A stretch of 64,000 nucleotides of DNA from contig JAYTSD010000050.1 in assembly GCA_043745805.1 (NCBI GenBank), positions 31,775 to 95,774 of the forward strand, given 5' to 3'. The notes below the pieces were generated by a model. That model saw nothing but the letters and a program-made list of their open reading frames with translations. It ran no database searches and had not been told where the DNA came from. Of this stretch, positions 1 through 8,970 are shown piece by piece (position 1 is the first letter of the stretch; the number at the start of each line of letters is the position of its first letter). Origin of the DNA: Fibrobacteria bacterium (lineage in GTDB: Bacteria; Fibrobacterota; Fibrobacteria; UBA11236). The translations under genes were made by a program, and so were the position numbers.

Positions 1-20
1 AATCAGGCAACCCTTCCGCT

Positions 21-1532
21 ATGGTGCCTAGGACACCTAAGGCCTCTAAGGATTCATCAAAAAGTATCGTACGCAAGAAAATGCGATATTCTCTCGCCAT
101 TGAAGACTCTTTATTACGCAATGGTTTTCCTTCCGAAGCGCAGATAGGCATTGTGCTACAGGAGGTCAGCAAAGACTCCCCTACCTTGGCGTGGAAGGGA
201 AATATGAATTTGATTCCCGCCTCCACGCAAAAACTTTTCACCACTTGGACGGCTTTTGAAACGTTTGGCCCGGAGAAAACTTTTGCTACGGATTTATATA
301 TCACAGGTGAAATACAAAACGGTATTTTAAAAGGGGATGTGATTATTAAAGGAAATGGTGATCCTAGTTTTGCCAGCGCGCTATTAGGAAAAACATGGAT
401 GGCCGATTCAGTTTTTTCCTTATGGACGGAAAAACTTAAGCAAGCGGGAATAAAATCGGTGGAAGGATGTGTATGGGCGGATGCCTCCTATTTTGATGGG
501 GAAGAGCCTGATGCGGCAGGTTTATGGGAAGATATTGGGAATTATTATGGCGGTTTAATTTCCGGACTTTGTTTTCGCGACAATGTATATGCTTTGGAAT
601 TGAGTTCACCCATCAAGGTTGGAGCGCCAATTAATTTAATTTCCTCTAAGCCAAATTATACCGGCATTGGTCGTTTTGATAATCAACTCTTTGCTGGCGA
701 AGCGAATACTGGCGATTCGGCTTATATATATGGATATGGATTGAAAACCGTACGCTATTTAAAAGGAACTTATCCCGCAGGTCGGGAGCGATTTATTCTG
801 AAAGGCACTTTGCCCAGTCCTGCTTGGACTTGCGCTATGGAATGGAAATTATACTTGCAAACGCATGGCATATTAATTCAACAAAAACCTAATTCCAAAC
901 CTCAATTAGGCAAGCCATCTTATAGTAGCTGCTCCGATACCGTAATTGAAAAGTTACCTGAGTTAAGTACCTCTTTTAAAAATTGGAAATGGATCGATTC
1001 ACATAAATCGCCCGAATTAACCATCATTCTCCGACATATTCACGATAAAAGTGATAATAATTATGCCCAACAATTATGCGCGGTATTAGGAAAGGAAATA
1101 AAACATAAAGGCAATGCCGTAGGATGTCTTGAAGCTTTGCAAAGTAGCTTAGCGAAAAAGAATTTAGATTTAAATGAAATTCATTTTCGTGATGGTAATG
1201 GATTGTCGCGTTATAATTGGATATCTCCTCGACAAATGACGCAGTTTTTAGTTTTGGCCTCGCGGCACCCTAAATTTTTGGAATATCGTTCCACTTTAAT
1301 TGGAGAAGAAAATAATCCAAAGAAACTGGAGCGTTACGGTAAAAACTGGTCAGGATCTTTATGGATAAAAACCGGTACCTTACAAGGTGTATATGGTTTG
1401 ACAGGTTATTTAATACCGAAGAGCGGGCATTTACAAGCCTTTTCCATCTTGATTAATCATTTTAATAATTCGAAAATGGATATGGATTCCCGAGTAGGTG
1501 AATTACTAAATCGCTGGAGAGAAAATTATTGA
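21..1532 (+). CDS. dacB: D-alanyl-D-alanine carboxypeptidase/endopeptidase (PBP4, peptidase S13); 5' end probably lies upstream of the window
   Basis: PASTQK (SxxK), SDN (SxN), KTGT, DGNGLSR and GNGDP motifs. The frame is open back to the window edge. Confidence 0.9.
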   Translation: MVPRTPKASKDSSKSIVRKKMRYSLAIEDSLLRNGFPSEAQIGIVLQEVSKDSPTLAWKGNMNLIPASTQKLFTTWTAFETFGPEKTFATDLYITGEIQNGILKGDVIIKGNGDPSFASALLGKTWMADSVFSLWTEKLKQAGIKSVEGCVWADASYFDGEEPDAAGLWEDIGNYYGGLISGLCFRDNVYALELSSPIKVGAPINLISSKPNYTGIGRFDNQLFAGEANTGDSAYIYGYGLKTVRYLKGTYPAGRERFILKGTLPSPAWTCAMEWKLYLQTHGILIQQKPNSKPQLGKPSYSSCSDTVIEKLPELSTSFKNWKWIDSHKSPELTIILRHIHDKSDNNYAQQLCAVLGKEIKHKGNAVGCLEALQSSLAKKNLDLNEIHFRDGNGLSRYNWISPRQMTQFLVLASRHPKFLEYRSTLIGEENNPKKLERYGKNWSGSLWIKTGTLQGVYGLTGYLIPKSGHLQAFSILINHFNNSKMDMDSRVGELLNRWRENY

Positions 1533-2359
1533 TAGATAAACTACAATTACTTATTTCCATTCCTCATGGCTCCGATTATGTGCCGACTGAAATTTTTAAG
1601 GAGATGTTGGGAAGTGGAGAGTCTCCTGAGAAATTACGCCATCGTATTTTTGCGCAAGGCGATCCATTTACCGATGAAATTTTTGCCTTTCCCTTGGCTC
1701 TGAAAATTGTTAAGGCGGAATATTCTCGCTTTGTAGTGGATTTAAATCGCGAGATTGAAGAGGACGATGAAAATGGCATCATGAAATTAATTGATTTTGA
1801 TCGCAAGCCACTGTATGCCAAAAATTACACGCTTAGCGAAGACAAAAAAGATCAACGTTTACAAAAATATTATGATCCTTATCATCGAGAATTAGAAAAA
1901 TATTTGCAGCAAAAAGAAATTTTGGGCTTTATAGATGGGCATTCTATGAGCGCCTTTGGGCCTTCCTTGGGGCCAGATCAAGGCAAGCCTAGGCCCGCAT
2001 TTTGCATTAGTAATTTTGGCGATGCGAATGGGGATTTTGTTTGCCATCCTTTGTCTTTTCCTGCAGAAGGAACTAGGGCTTTGAAAAATAAAGCACAAGA
2101 GATCTTCGAATATTTTTTAATAGAAGAAAATTTACCGCGACAAATATTTTTGAATCAGCCTTTTGATGGCGGATCTATTTTGCGAAAATATTCGGAACTT
2201 GGCAACCCCTATAGTAAACCAGGATTAATGGTGGAAGTGAATCGCGCACTTTATTTAAATGAAACGTCTTTGTTACCTATTCCCGGACGGATAGCCACCT
2301 TAAGGCAGGGCTTACAGCTTTTGGCAGAGAGTATGGTGGAGTGGTTAAAAAATAGCTAA
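1529..2359 (+). CDS. N-formylglutamate amidohydrolase family protein
   Basis: SIPHGS, SRFVVDLNR, YYDPYH, DGHSM, NQPFDGG and EVNRALYL motifs; 4-nt overlap with dacB. Confidence 0.85.
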   Translation: MIDKLQLLISIPHGSDYVPTEIFKEMLGSGESPEKLRHRIFAQGDPFTDEIFAFPLALKIVKAEYSRFVVDLNREIEEDDENGIMKLIDFDRKPLYAKNYTLSEDKKDQRLQKYYDPYHRELEKYLQQKEILGFIDGHSMSAFGPSLGPDQGKPRPAFCISNFGDANGDFVCHPLSFPAEGTRALKNKAQEIFEYFLIEENLPRQIFLNQPFDGGSILRKYSELGNPYSKPGLMVEVNRALYLNETSLLPIPGRIATLRQGLQLLAESMVEWLKNS

Positions 2360-2382
2360 AATGCCTTTGCAGTAATGTCTAG

Positions 2383-2820
2383 CTAGGGCGCTTTGGCTTC
2401 AAACATTATCGAATCAACAATATTGAGGGAAGAGTGGTATTCGGACATTAATTGCACAATGATTTTATGCCGACCTGGAGTGAATAATTCTACGCCTACG
2501 GTATCGGTAGTGTCTATGACGGCGGTTTCTTTATCGTCAATGGGAACATCTAACCAGAGATGAACATGCCCTTTGAGTGGCCCTTCTCCCACAATGCTGG
2601 TATTGATTTTTGCGGTTGGCTGAATTTGCTTAAAGTTTTCCGTTTTGATCAAAACCGTTAAATGTCCGAGAGGCACAATTTGCTGTGATCGAGGATAAAT
2701 TATTTTCACATGTGCGGAAGAGTCTGCAGAATCGGTACTGCATTGAATAGTCAATACGGCAAAAAACCAAGCGAAGAACATAAAATAAGCAGATTTTGGG
2801 TTTTCAGATTTCATAAACAT
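2383..2820 (-). CDS. Putative lipoprotein with small beta-sandwich domain (DUF4399/DUF6130-like, GHVHLWLD motif)
   Basis: Signal peptide ending LTIQC; GHVHLWLD and PGRHKI motifs. Confidence 0.55.
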   Translation of the reverse strand: MFMKSENPKSAYFMFFAWFFAVLTIQCSTDSADSSAHVKIIYPRSQQIVPLGHLTVLIKTENFKQIQPTAKINTSIVGEGPLKGHVHLWLDVPIDDKETAVIDTTDTVGVELFTPGRHKIIVQLMSEYHSSLNIVDSIMFEAKAP

Positions 2821-2850
2821 AAATATACCGTAGGTTACTAATTTTATCGC

Positions 2851-3111
2851 ATGACTTTAATCAAGCAAAAAGTAAAAGTTCGCTATTATGCACAGTTACG
2901 TGAGCAACTGGGTTTGCGTGAAGAAGACGTGGATTTACAGCTTCCCAATGATGAGCAACACCTTTTGGAACAATTAGCAGCGCTTCATCCACAAGTTGCG
3001 GTATTATTTAAAAGCAGTCGTATTGCAGTTGAAGACCAATACTTTAATCTCCATCATTGCTTCGAAAATATTTCGGTAGTCGATATCATTTCTCCTATTA
3101 GTGGAGGGTAA
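2851..3111 (+). CDS. moaD: MoaD/ThiS family sulfur carrier protein
   Basis: VRYYAQLRE start, C-terminal PISGG, adjacent to moaE. Confidence 0.85.
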   Translation: MTLIKQKVKVRYYAQLREQLGLREEDVDLQLPNDEQHLLEQLAALHPQVAVLFKSSRIAVEDQYFNLHHCFENISVVDIISPISGG

Positions 3112-3116
3112 ATCAC

Positions 3117-3548
3117 ATGAGTTATTTTACAACATCACCTATTTCTCATGATGCTCTATATCAATCCGTACTTGATCCTCGTGCCGGTGCAGTTTTGGTT
3201 TTCGATGGTACCGCGCGTAATCATAGTAATGTGGCTATGGATGTCATCGCCTTGGAATACGAAGCCAAGCTTCCCATGGCCGATAAAATTATTGCCCAAA
3301 TCATTGCCGAGGTAACTGCACAGATACCTATAGAAAAAGTAGCTATTTTGCATCGAGAGGGACGCGTTGGCCTTATGGAGCCGAGTGTAGTGATTGCCGT
3401 GAGCGCCGCACATAGAGGCGAAGCCTATAAAGCCTCACGCCTGATAATTGATAGAATAAAACATGAAGCCCCCATTTGGAAAAAAGAAATATTACCTGAT
3501 GGATCTGGAGTTTGGAGTGAAGGATGCAAAGCTTGCAGTCCATATTAG
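3117..3548 (+). CDS. moaE: Molybdopterin synthase catalytic subunit MoaE
   Basis: GAVLVFDGTARN, LEYEA, HREG, SAAHR and PIWKKE motifs. Confidence 0.92.
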   Translation: MSYFTTSPISHDALYQSVLDPRAGAVLVFDGTARNHSNVAMDVIALEYEAKLPMADKIIAQIIAEVTAQIPIEKVAILHREGRVGLMEPSVVIAVSAAHRGEAYKASRLIIDRIKHEAPIWKKEILPDGSGVWSEGCKACSPY

Positions 3549-4633
3549 CAAAGGCCTTGGAAGGCCAAAGACTTTCTTCGCAAGACGCATTAATTTTATT
3601 GTGTTCCGAGGATTGGCCGCAAATCGTAGCCACCGCAAAAATTATTCGCGATCGCTTGCATGCTCCGCAAGAAGTGAGTTACACGGCTTTTCGTGTGATT
3701 AATTATACCAATTACTGTAATGTGGATTGCTCCTTCTGCTCTTTTAAAGATGAAATTGAAAGTGACAAAGGCTATACCTTAAGCCTAGCACAGATCGCAG
3801 CCAAAACCGAGGAAGCATTGGCTTTAGGTGTGGATCAAATATTTTTACAAGGGGGAGTAAATCCTAAGTTACCCCTAACTTATTATACCGATGCCTTGGA
3901 AATGCTTTCGCAAAAATACCAAGTGCATGTGCGAGGATTTTCACCCGTGGAATTAGCACGCTTGGCAGAAAAAGAAAAAATGCCTTTGCATGAATTGTTA
4001 TTAATACTTAAGTCGGCAGGCTTGGCATCTGTGCCTGGAGCGGGTGCGGAGATATTAACCGATTCAATGCGGCAAATTCTTTCGCCCAAAAAATTAAGCG
4101 GTAAAGAATGGTGCGCCGTGATGGGTGAATGCCATCAAGTGGGTTTATTGGGATCCTGTAATATCGTTTTTGGTTCGGTGGAAACGAATGAAGATATTAT
4201 TGAACATTTGCAATTGTTGCGTGAACAACAAGATAAAACGGGAGGATTTTTATCCTTTATCCCTTGGGTATTTCAACAACAAACCAAACGCTTTACCGTT
4301 AAGCATGTCAAGGGTTGGGAGTATTTACGCTTGATTGCCATCTCACGGCTTTTCTTAGATAATATTCCCAATATTGAAGTTAGCGTTTTGGGAATGGGAA
4401 AAGATTTAGGTGAACTTGCATTGTTTAGCGGAGCAAATGATATTAATAGCATTGTCATAGAAGAAAATGTTTTACGATCTTCAGGGCTGAAAACCTTAAG
4501 AGCTGCACGGCGCTTTATTGAAGAAGCGGGATTTATTCCTGTACGCCGTACTTTGAATTATGAAACAAAAAATTATATCGAGGTTTCATCCGAGCTTTCA
4601 TCCCAACTTTCCGAAGGTTCCGAAGCGTTTTAA
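3524..4633 (+). CDS. CofH/MqnC-family radical SAM protein (cyclic dehypoxanthinyl futalosine synthase-like, divergent)
   Basis: INYTNYCNVDCSFCSF (CxxxCxxC), LQGGVNP, FSPVE, PGAGAEIL and FIPW motifs. Confidence 0.8.
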   Translation: MQSLQSILAKALEGQRLSSQDALILLCSEDWPQIVATAKIIRDRLHAPQEVSYTAFRVINYTNYCNVDCSFCSFKDEIESDKGYTLSLAQIAAKTEEALALGVDQIFLQGGVNPKLPLTYYTDALEMLSQKYQVHVRGFSPVELARLAEKEKMPLHELLLILKSAGLASVPGAGAEILTDSMRQILSPKKLSGKEWCAVMGECHQVGLLGSCNIVFGSVETNEDIIEHLQLLREQQDKTGGFLSFIPWVFQQQTKRFTVKHVKGWEYLRLIAISRLFLDNIPNIEVSVLGMGKDLGELALFSGANDINSIVIEENVLRSSGLKTLRAARRFIEEAGFIPVRRTLNYETKNYIEVSSELSSQLSEGSEAF

Positions 4634-4654
4634 TTAAACTCAAAAATTACACCT

Positions 4655-6034
4655 TCAAAGTAATTTGCCACGCATCACAAACATGGCAATATTGAAATAA
4701 ATTACAATACCCGTTACGTCGATAAAAGTGGCGACAAAAGGCGCAGAAGAAGTGGCCGGATCTGCTCCAAATTTCTTTAAGACTATGGGTAACATAGCGC
4801 CCATTAAAGTGCCCCACATCACCACGCCAATAAGAGAAAAGAAAATCGAAATAGCCACCAGCATCCAATGCGGCCCGTAAATTGCAGAAAACTGCGACCA
4901 AATAGAAATACGTAAAAAACCAACAATACCTAGAACCAGCCCCAAACATAAGCCCGCTACAATTTCGCGACCGAGCACGCGCCACCAATCGCGAAAATGA
5001 ATTTCACCTAAAGCAATAGCACGTATCACCAAGGTTGCGGCCTGTGATCCCGAATTACCACCGCTGGAAATAATTAAAGGGATAAATAAAGCCAATACCA
5101 CGGCCTTGGAAATTTCATTCTGATAAAATCCCATAGCCGTTGCAGTTAACATTTCACTTAAAAAAAGTACGGTGAGCCAGCCGCCTCTTTTTTTAACCAT
5201 TTGAAAAATAGGCGTTTGCATATAAGGTTCGCTTAAACCCGAGACAGCGCCTAATTTATGAATATCTTCCGTGAATTCTTCTTCGGCAACATGTAGCACA
5301 TCATCAATAGTGATGATACCTACTAAAAATCCTTCGCCATCGACAATCGGTAAGGCGGTGCGATTATAACGTTTGAAGGCGTGAACGGCTTCTTCTTGTT
5401 CTGCGGTAGCGGGCAAGGATACATATTGATAATCCATGAGTTCGCTAATGCGACGGTCTCTAGGTGACAACAACACTTCACGAATATGAATATCGTCTAT
5501 GAGGTGACCTTTATCATCCACCAAATAGAGGGCATTAAGGGTTTCTTTGTCTTGTCCATTTTTTTGAATAAAATCTAAGGTTTGTTCCACAGTCCATTCT
5601 TTGCGAATCACTAAAAAATCGGGAGTCATTAAACGACCCACACTGTCTTTGGGAAAGTTAAGTAAGCTTTGCGCTATGGCTCTTTCGGAGGGTTGTAAAA
5701 AACTCAGTAATTGTTTGGTGAGCGTGGGCGAAAGGGATTCTAAGAGGGCCGTGCGATTATCCGCAGCCATTTCATTGATTAATTCAGCCACGCGTAAATT
5801 GGAAATAGTATCGATTAAATCTTCTTGATGACCAATTTCTAATTGTTCAAAAACCTCGGTGGCTTTGGCGACCGGAAGATTTTCAAGTAGCGTGACTTGA
5901 TGTTCATGGGATAATTCTAAAAGTATTTCGGCAATATCCGCTGGAGGTAGGTTACTGCATATGTGTTCAAGCTCTTCTACGTTTCCGGTTTCGAGTACGC
6001 TTTCGATTTCAGGCTGTAGCAATTTTCCTAACAT
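4655..6034 (-). CDS. mgtE: Magnesium transporter MgtE
   Basis: MgtE N-domain, CBS pair, GGNSGSQ and DPATSSAPFVATFID motifs; AGGAGG RBS. Confidence 0.95.
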   Translation of the reverse strand: MLGKLLQPEIESVLETGNVEELEHICSNLPPADIAEILLELSHEHQVTLLENLPVAKATEVFEQLEIGHQEDLIDTISNLRVAELINEMAADNRTALLESLSPTLTKQLLSFLQPSERAIAQSLLNFPKDSVGRLMTPDFLVIRKEWTVEQTLDFIQKNGQDKETLNALYLVDDKGHLIDDIHIREVLLSPRDRRISELMDYQYVSLPATAEQEEAVHAFKRYNRTALPIVDGEGFLVGIITIDDVLHVAEEEFTEDIHKLGAVSGLSEPYMQTPIFQMVKKRGGWLTVLFLSEMLTATAMGFYQNEISKAVVLALFIPLIISSGGNSGSQAATLVIRAIALGEIHFRDWWRVLGREIVAGLCLGLVLGIVGFLRISIWSQFSAIYGPHWMLVAISIFFSLIGVVMWGTLMGAMLPIVLKKFGADPATSSAPFVATFIDVTGIVIYFNIAMFVMRGKLL

Positions 6035-6241
6035 ATTCCTCCTTTCATTTCATGATTTTTGGAATTTATCCAAGAATCAAAAAGCCGGACCCAAATTTAA
6101 TTTTAACTCACCAATTATAAAGCGCTAATTTTTGCAACACCGGTCTTTAAGGGTTTTTTGCGTCAATCATTAGCCACAAGTGAAGGATAAATTTTAATGC
6201 GAAATCAAAAATGATCAATTAGGATTTAAATTTGCCACCCT

Positions 6242-7090
6242 ATGACTACTCGAATACACATTGATATCGCTCCCAAATCCCAAACCTTCTCGCTTAATCG
6301 CCGCTTTGATAGAACGGCACGTTTAGTAGGCGAAAGTAATATGGAATTATTGCAAAAGGCGCATATAGCCATTATTGGTTTGGGAGGCGTAGGATCATTT
6401 GTAATGGAAGCCTTAGTGCGCACGGGCATTGGGGAAATAACTTTAGTCGATCATGATTTAGTCTGCACCACCAACACCAATAGACAATTGCAAGCGGTGA
6501 ATGGCGCACCAGGACAAGCTAAGGTCACGCTTTTATATGAAAGAGCTTTATCCATTAATCCCAAAGTTAAAGTGCATGCGAAGCAAATGTTTTATGAAGC
6601 GGATAATAGCGAAGAAATTTTACAGCCTAAATTTACCTGCATCATTGATGCCATTGATAATATGGCGGCCAAGGTGCATTTAATCCATACCTGTATGCAA
6701 AAGCAATTACCCTTGATAGTGTGTTTAGGAGCCGCAGGAAAAATCGATCCCACGGCGGTGCGTGTTACGGATTTAGGTTTGACGCAAGTGGATCCGGTGG
6801 GTCGTTGGATGCGTAAAGCCTTGCGCCGTAAATATGGGCATAGCAATACCACGCATTTCGGTATTCCTGCAGTATATTCACCCGAGCAACCACGCGCTTC
6901 TATTCCTTTAACCTATGATCAAGGCGATCCACAATGTGTATGTCCTCATGGTGAAGATGAAAAGAATGCTTGTGTTTCGCGCAATGTGGTAGAGGGTTCA
7001 GTGATGATGGTGACAGCTGCCTTCGGAATGGCCGCAGCGGCAGAAGCGGTGAAAATTATTACGGGGTTGAAACCGGTTTATTTGCAATAA
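6242..7090 (+). CDS. tcdA: tRNA threonylcarbamoyladenosine dehydratase (ThiF/TcdA family)
   Basis: GLGGVGS, TNTNRQ, DAIDN, GAAGKIDPT, AVYSPE, GSVMMVTAAFG motifs. Confidence 0.85.
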   Translation: MTTRIHIDIAPKSQTFSLNRRFDRTARLVGESNMELLQKAHIAIIGLGGVGSFVMEALVRTGIGEITLVDHDLVCTTNTNRQLQAVNGAPGQAKVTLLYERALSINPKVKVHAKQMFYEADNSEEILQPKFTCIIDAIDNMAAKVHLIHTCMQKQLPLIVCLGAAGKIDPTAVRVTDLGLTQVDPVGRWMRKALRRKYGHSNTTHFGIPAVYSPEQPRASIPLTYDQGDPQCVCPHGEDEKNACVSRNVVEGSVMMVTAAFGMAAAAEAVKIITGLKPVYLQ

Positions 7091-7290
7091 ACTAGGACAA
7101 CGCTCAATCCCGCCTCAAGCCGATGAATCGAGAGAAGTGGGATGAACTTGATAAATCCATAGATGACGTTTTGAGGAGTTTACGTGCAAGTCAGCAGGAC
7201 CGTAGCGCCTGTTCAATAACCCTTAATTCCTTGCGTTTTTTACTCGACTCGCTTAATTCCATCAAATAACATGCAATTTTAGTTCCTTAC

Positions 7291-7381
7291 TGTTTACACT
7301 CGTAAACGATTTCTTATGAAATTCTACTTGTATTATATCATTTATATTCAGTAGTATTTAGCTTTCTGTTTACATGAACAG
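7291..7381. promoter_or_regulatory. Candidate operator sites upstream of the TIGR02147 gene
   Basis: Palindrome GTTTAC-ACTC-GTAAAC at 7292-7307; TGTTTACA at both 7291-7298 and 7367-7374. Confidence 0.35.
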
Positions 7382-7392
7382 GACTATTTCAC

Positions 7393-8220
7393 ATGCTTTC
7401 CATATTTGATTACTCCGACTATCGGCAGTTTATCAAAGATTATTATGCGGGGCATAAAACTCTTAATCCGTCTTTTTCATTTCGTTATTTAGCGCAAAAA
7501 GCAGGTATAAATTCCGCTCCTTTTTTCAAATTTATTATTGAGGGAAAAAGGAATCTCACCAAAGCTACCTTACTTAAAACCTGTGTCGCTTTAAAATTAA
7601 ATGATCGCGAAGCCGAATATTTTGAAGACCTAGTTTTTTTCAATCAGGCCAAATCTGTTAAAGAAAAAAATCATTTTTTTGCAAAATTAATTTCGCAACA
7701 AAAACAAAAGAATGTCAAAAAAATTCTTGAGCATCAATATGCCTATTTCACGGAGTGGTACCATTGCGTGTTACGAGAATTGGTTTGCTTAAAAGATTTC
7801 AAAAATGATTATGTGAAGTTGGCGAAAACCATTTCCCCACCTATCACCGCGAAGCAGGCTGGGGATTCCATAAAATTATTACTGCAATTAGGATTAATCA
7901 AAATCGTCGATGGGCGCTATGTGCAAACGGATTCCGTCATTTCTACTGGAAATAGCATCATGGCCCATCAAGTGATCAATTTTCAAATCAACATGTTGCA
8001 TAAAGCCATCGAGGTCTTTAATCGTTGCGCCGTAGACGAACGTTTAACCTCGGCAACCACATTTAGTATCTCCGCAAAAACGTATGCTCTATTTGTGGAG
8101 AAGCTGCGCAAAATGCGTTCAGAATTATTGGAAATGTCCAGGCAAGACGAAGCACCGGATACCATTTATGAACTCACCATGAATTTATTTCCTTTATCTC
8201 AATCTGGGGTAAAGTTATGA
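7393..8220 (+). CDS. TIGR02147 family protein (N-terminal HTH-like domain, DUF4423-like C-terminus)
   Basis: IFDYSDYRQFIKDYY, FSFRYLAQKAG, GKRNL, YFEDLVFFNQA, WYHCVLREL and NLFPLS motifs. Confidence 0.88.
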   Translation: MLSIFDYSDYRQFIKDYYAGHKTLNPSFSFRYLAQKAGINSAPFFKFIIEGKRNLTKATLLKTCVALKLNDREAEYFEDLVFFNQAKSVKEKNHFFAKLISQQKQKNVKKILEHQYAYFTEWYHCVLRELVCLKDFKNDYVKLAKTISPPITAKQAGDSIKLLLQLGLIKIVDGRYVQTDSVISTGNSIMAHQVINFQINMLHKAIEVFNRCAVDERLTSATTFSISAKTYALFVEKLRKMRSELLEMSRQDEAPDTIYELTMNLFPLSQSGVKL

Positions 8221-8837
8221 AAGTAATAAGCCAATATCTTTTGCTGTTAAGCCTGATTTTTGGGATGATCGCTTGTTCACGTAACACGCCGGTAGCAGGT
8301 ACGGATACCGAAACGGGAGGAACAAAAGTTTCGGGAATTATTTTATCAGCCAACAAACTTCCAGTGGCAAGAGTTCGTGCCATGCTAATTCCTGCAACTT
8401 ATAATCCCCTACAAGATGGGGCTATTCCCGATTCATTAGTCGACACGACAGATATTGAAGGGCGTTATACCTTTGCTGCAAAAGCAGGAAAGTATAATCT
8501 TGCCGCCGACCTAGATAGCTCCAACATCCGACTTTTTATTCCGGACCTAATAATTATGGGAAAAAATTTTGTCATTAAAGCCGATACTTTGACGCGACCA
8601 GGTACCATCAACGTGACCTTGCCAGATTCCTTAGGCAGTCTCGGTGGATTTGTTTTTTTAACGGGAACGACTATAAAAAAAATAGTACCCATTGGCGAGA
8701 CAAAGATCATTTTAGACTCAGTTCCTCAAGCAATCTATCCAGAGCTTAAATTTTCTAATATCGCAGGTAACAAAATCGTTACACTGTTAAATAATGTTCC
8801 CGTTGATCCGCCTGATACACTTGCGGTAGCGCGTTGA
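8217..8837 (+). CDS. Lipoprotein with carboxypeptidase-regulatory-like beta-sandwich
   Basis: Lipobox MIAC, AGTDTETG, TTDIEGRYTF; ATGA overlap with the TIGR02147 gene. Confidence 0.7.
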   Translation: MKVISQYLLLLSLIFGMIACSRNTPVAGTDTETGGTKVSGIILSANKLPVARVRAMLIPATYNPLQDGAIPDSLVDTTDIEGRYTFAAKAGKYNLAADLDSSNIRLFIPDLIIMGKNFVIKADTLTRPGTINVTLPDSLGSLGGFVFLTGTTIKKIVPIGETKIILDSVPQAIYPELKFSNIAGNKIVTLLNNVPVDPPDTLAVAR

Positions 8838-8970
8838 AATGGAACATGTTGATGAGGCCATATCTTTAGGGGACATTGGGGGTAACATAAAGAAATCAAA
8901 ATGGTTTAAATACTCTTCGCTTTAAAATTCAATTAAAAATCAAGAAATCAAATATCTTATGGGGAAAACT

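Noticed and set aside
6035..6241. M-box riboswitch or leader peptide upstream of mgtE
   Set aside because: No M-box consensus recognised; only an imperfect 11-bp hairpin (6053-6079) and trivial mini-ORFs.
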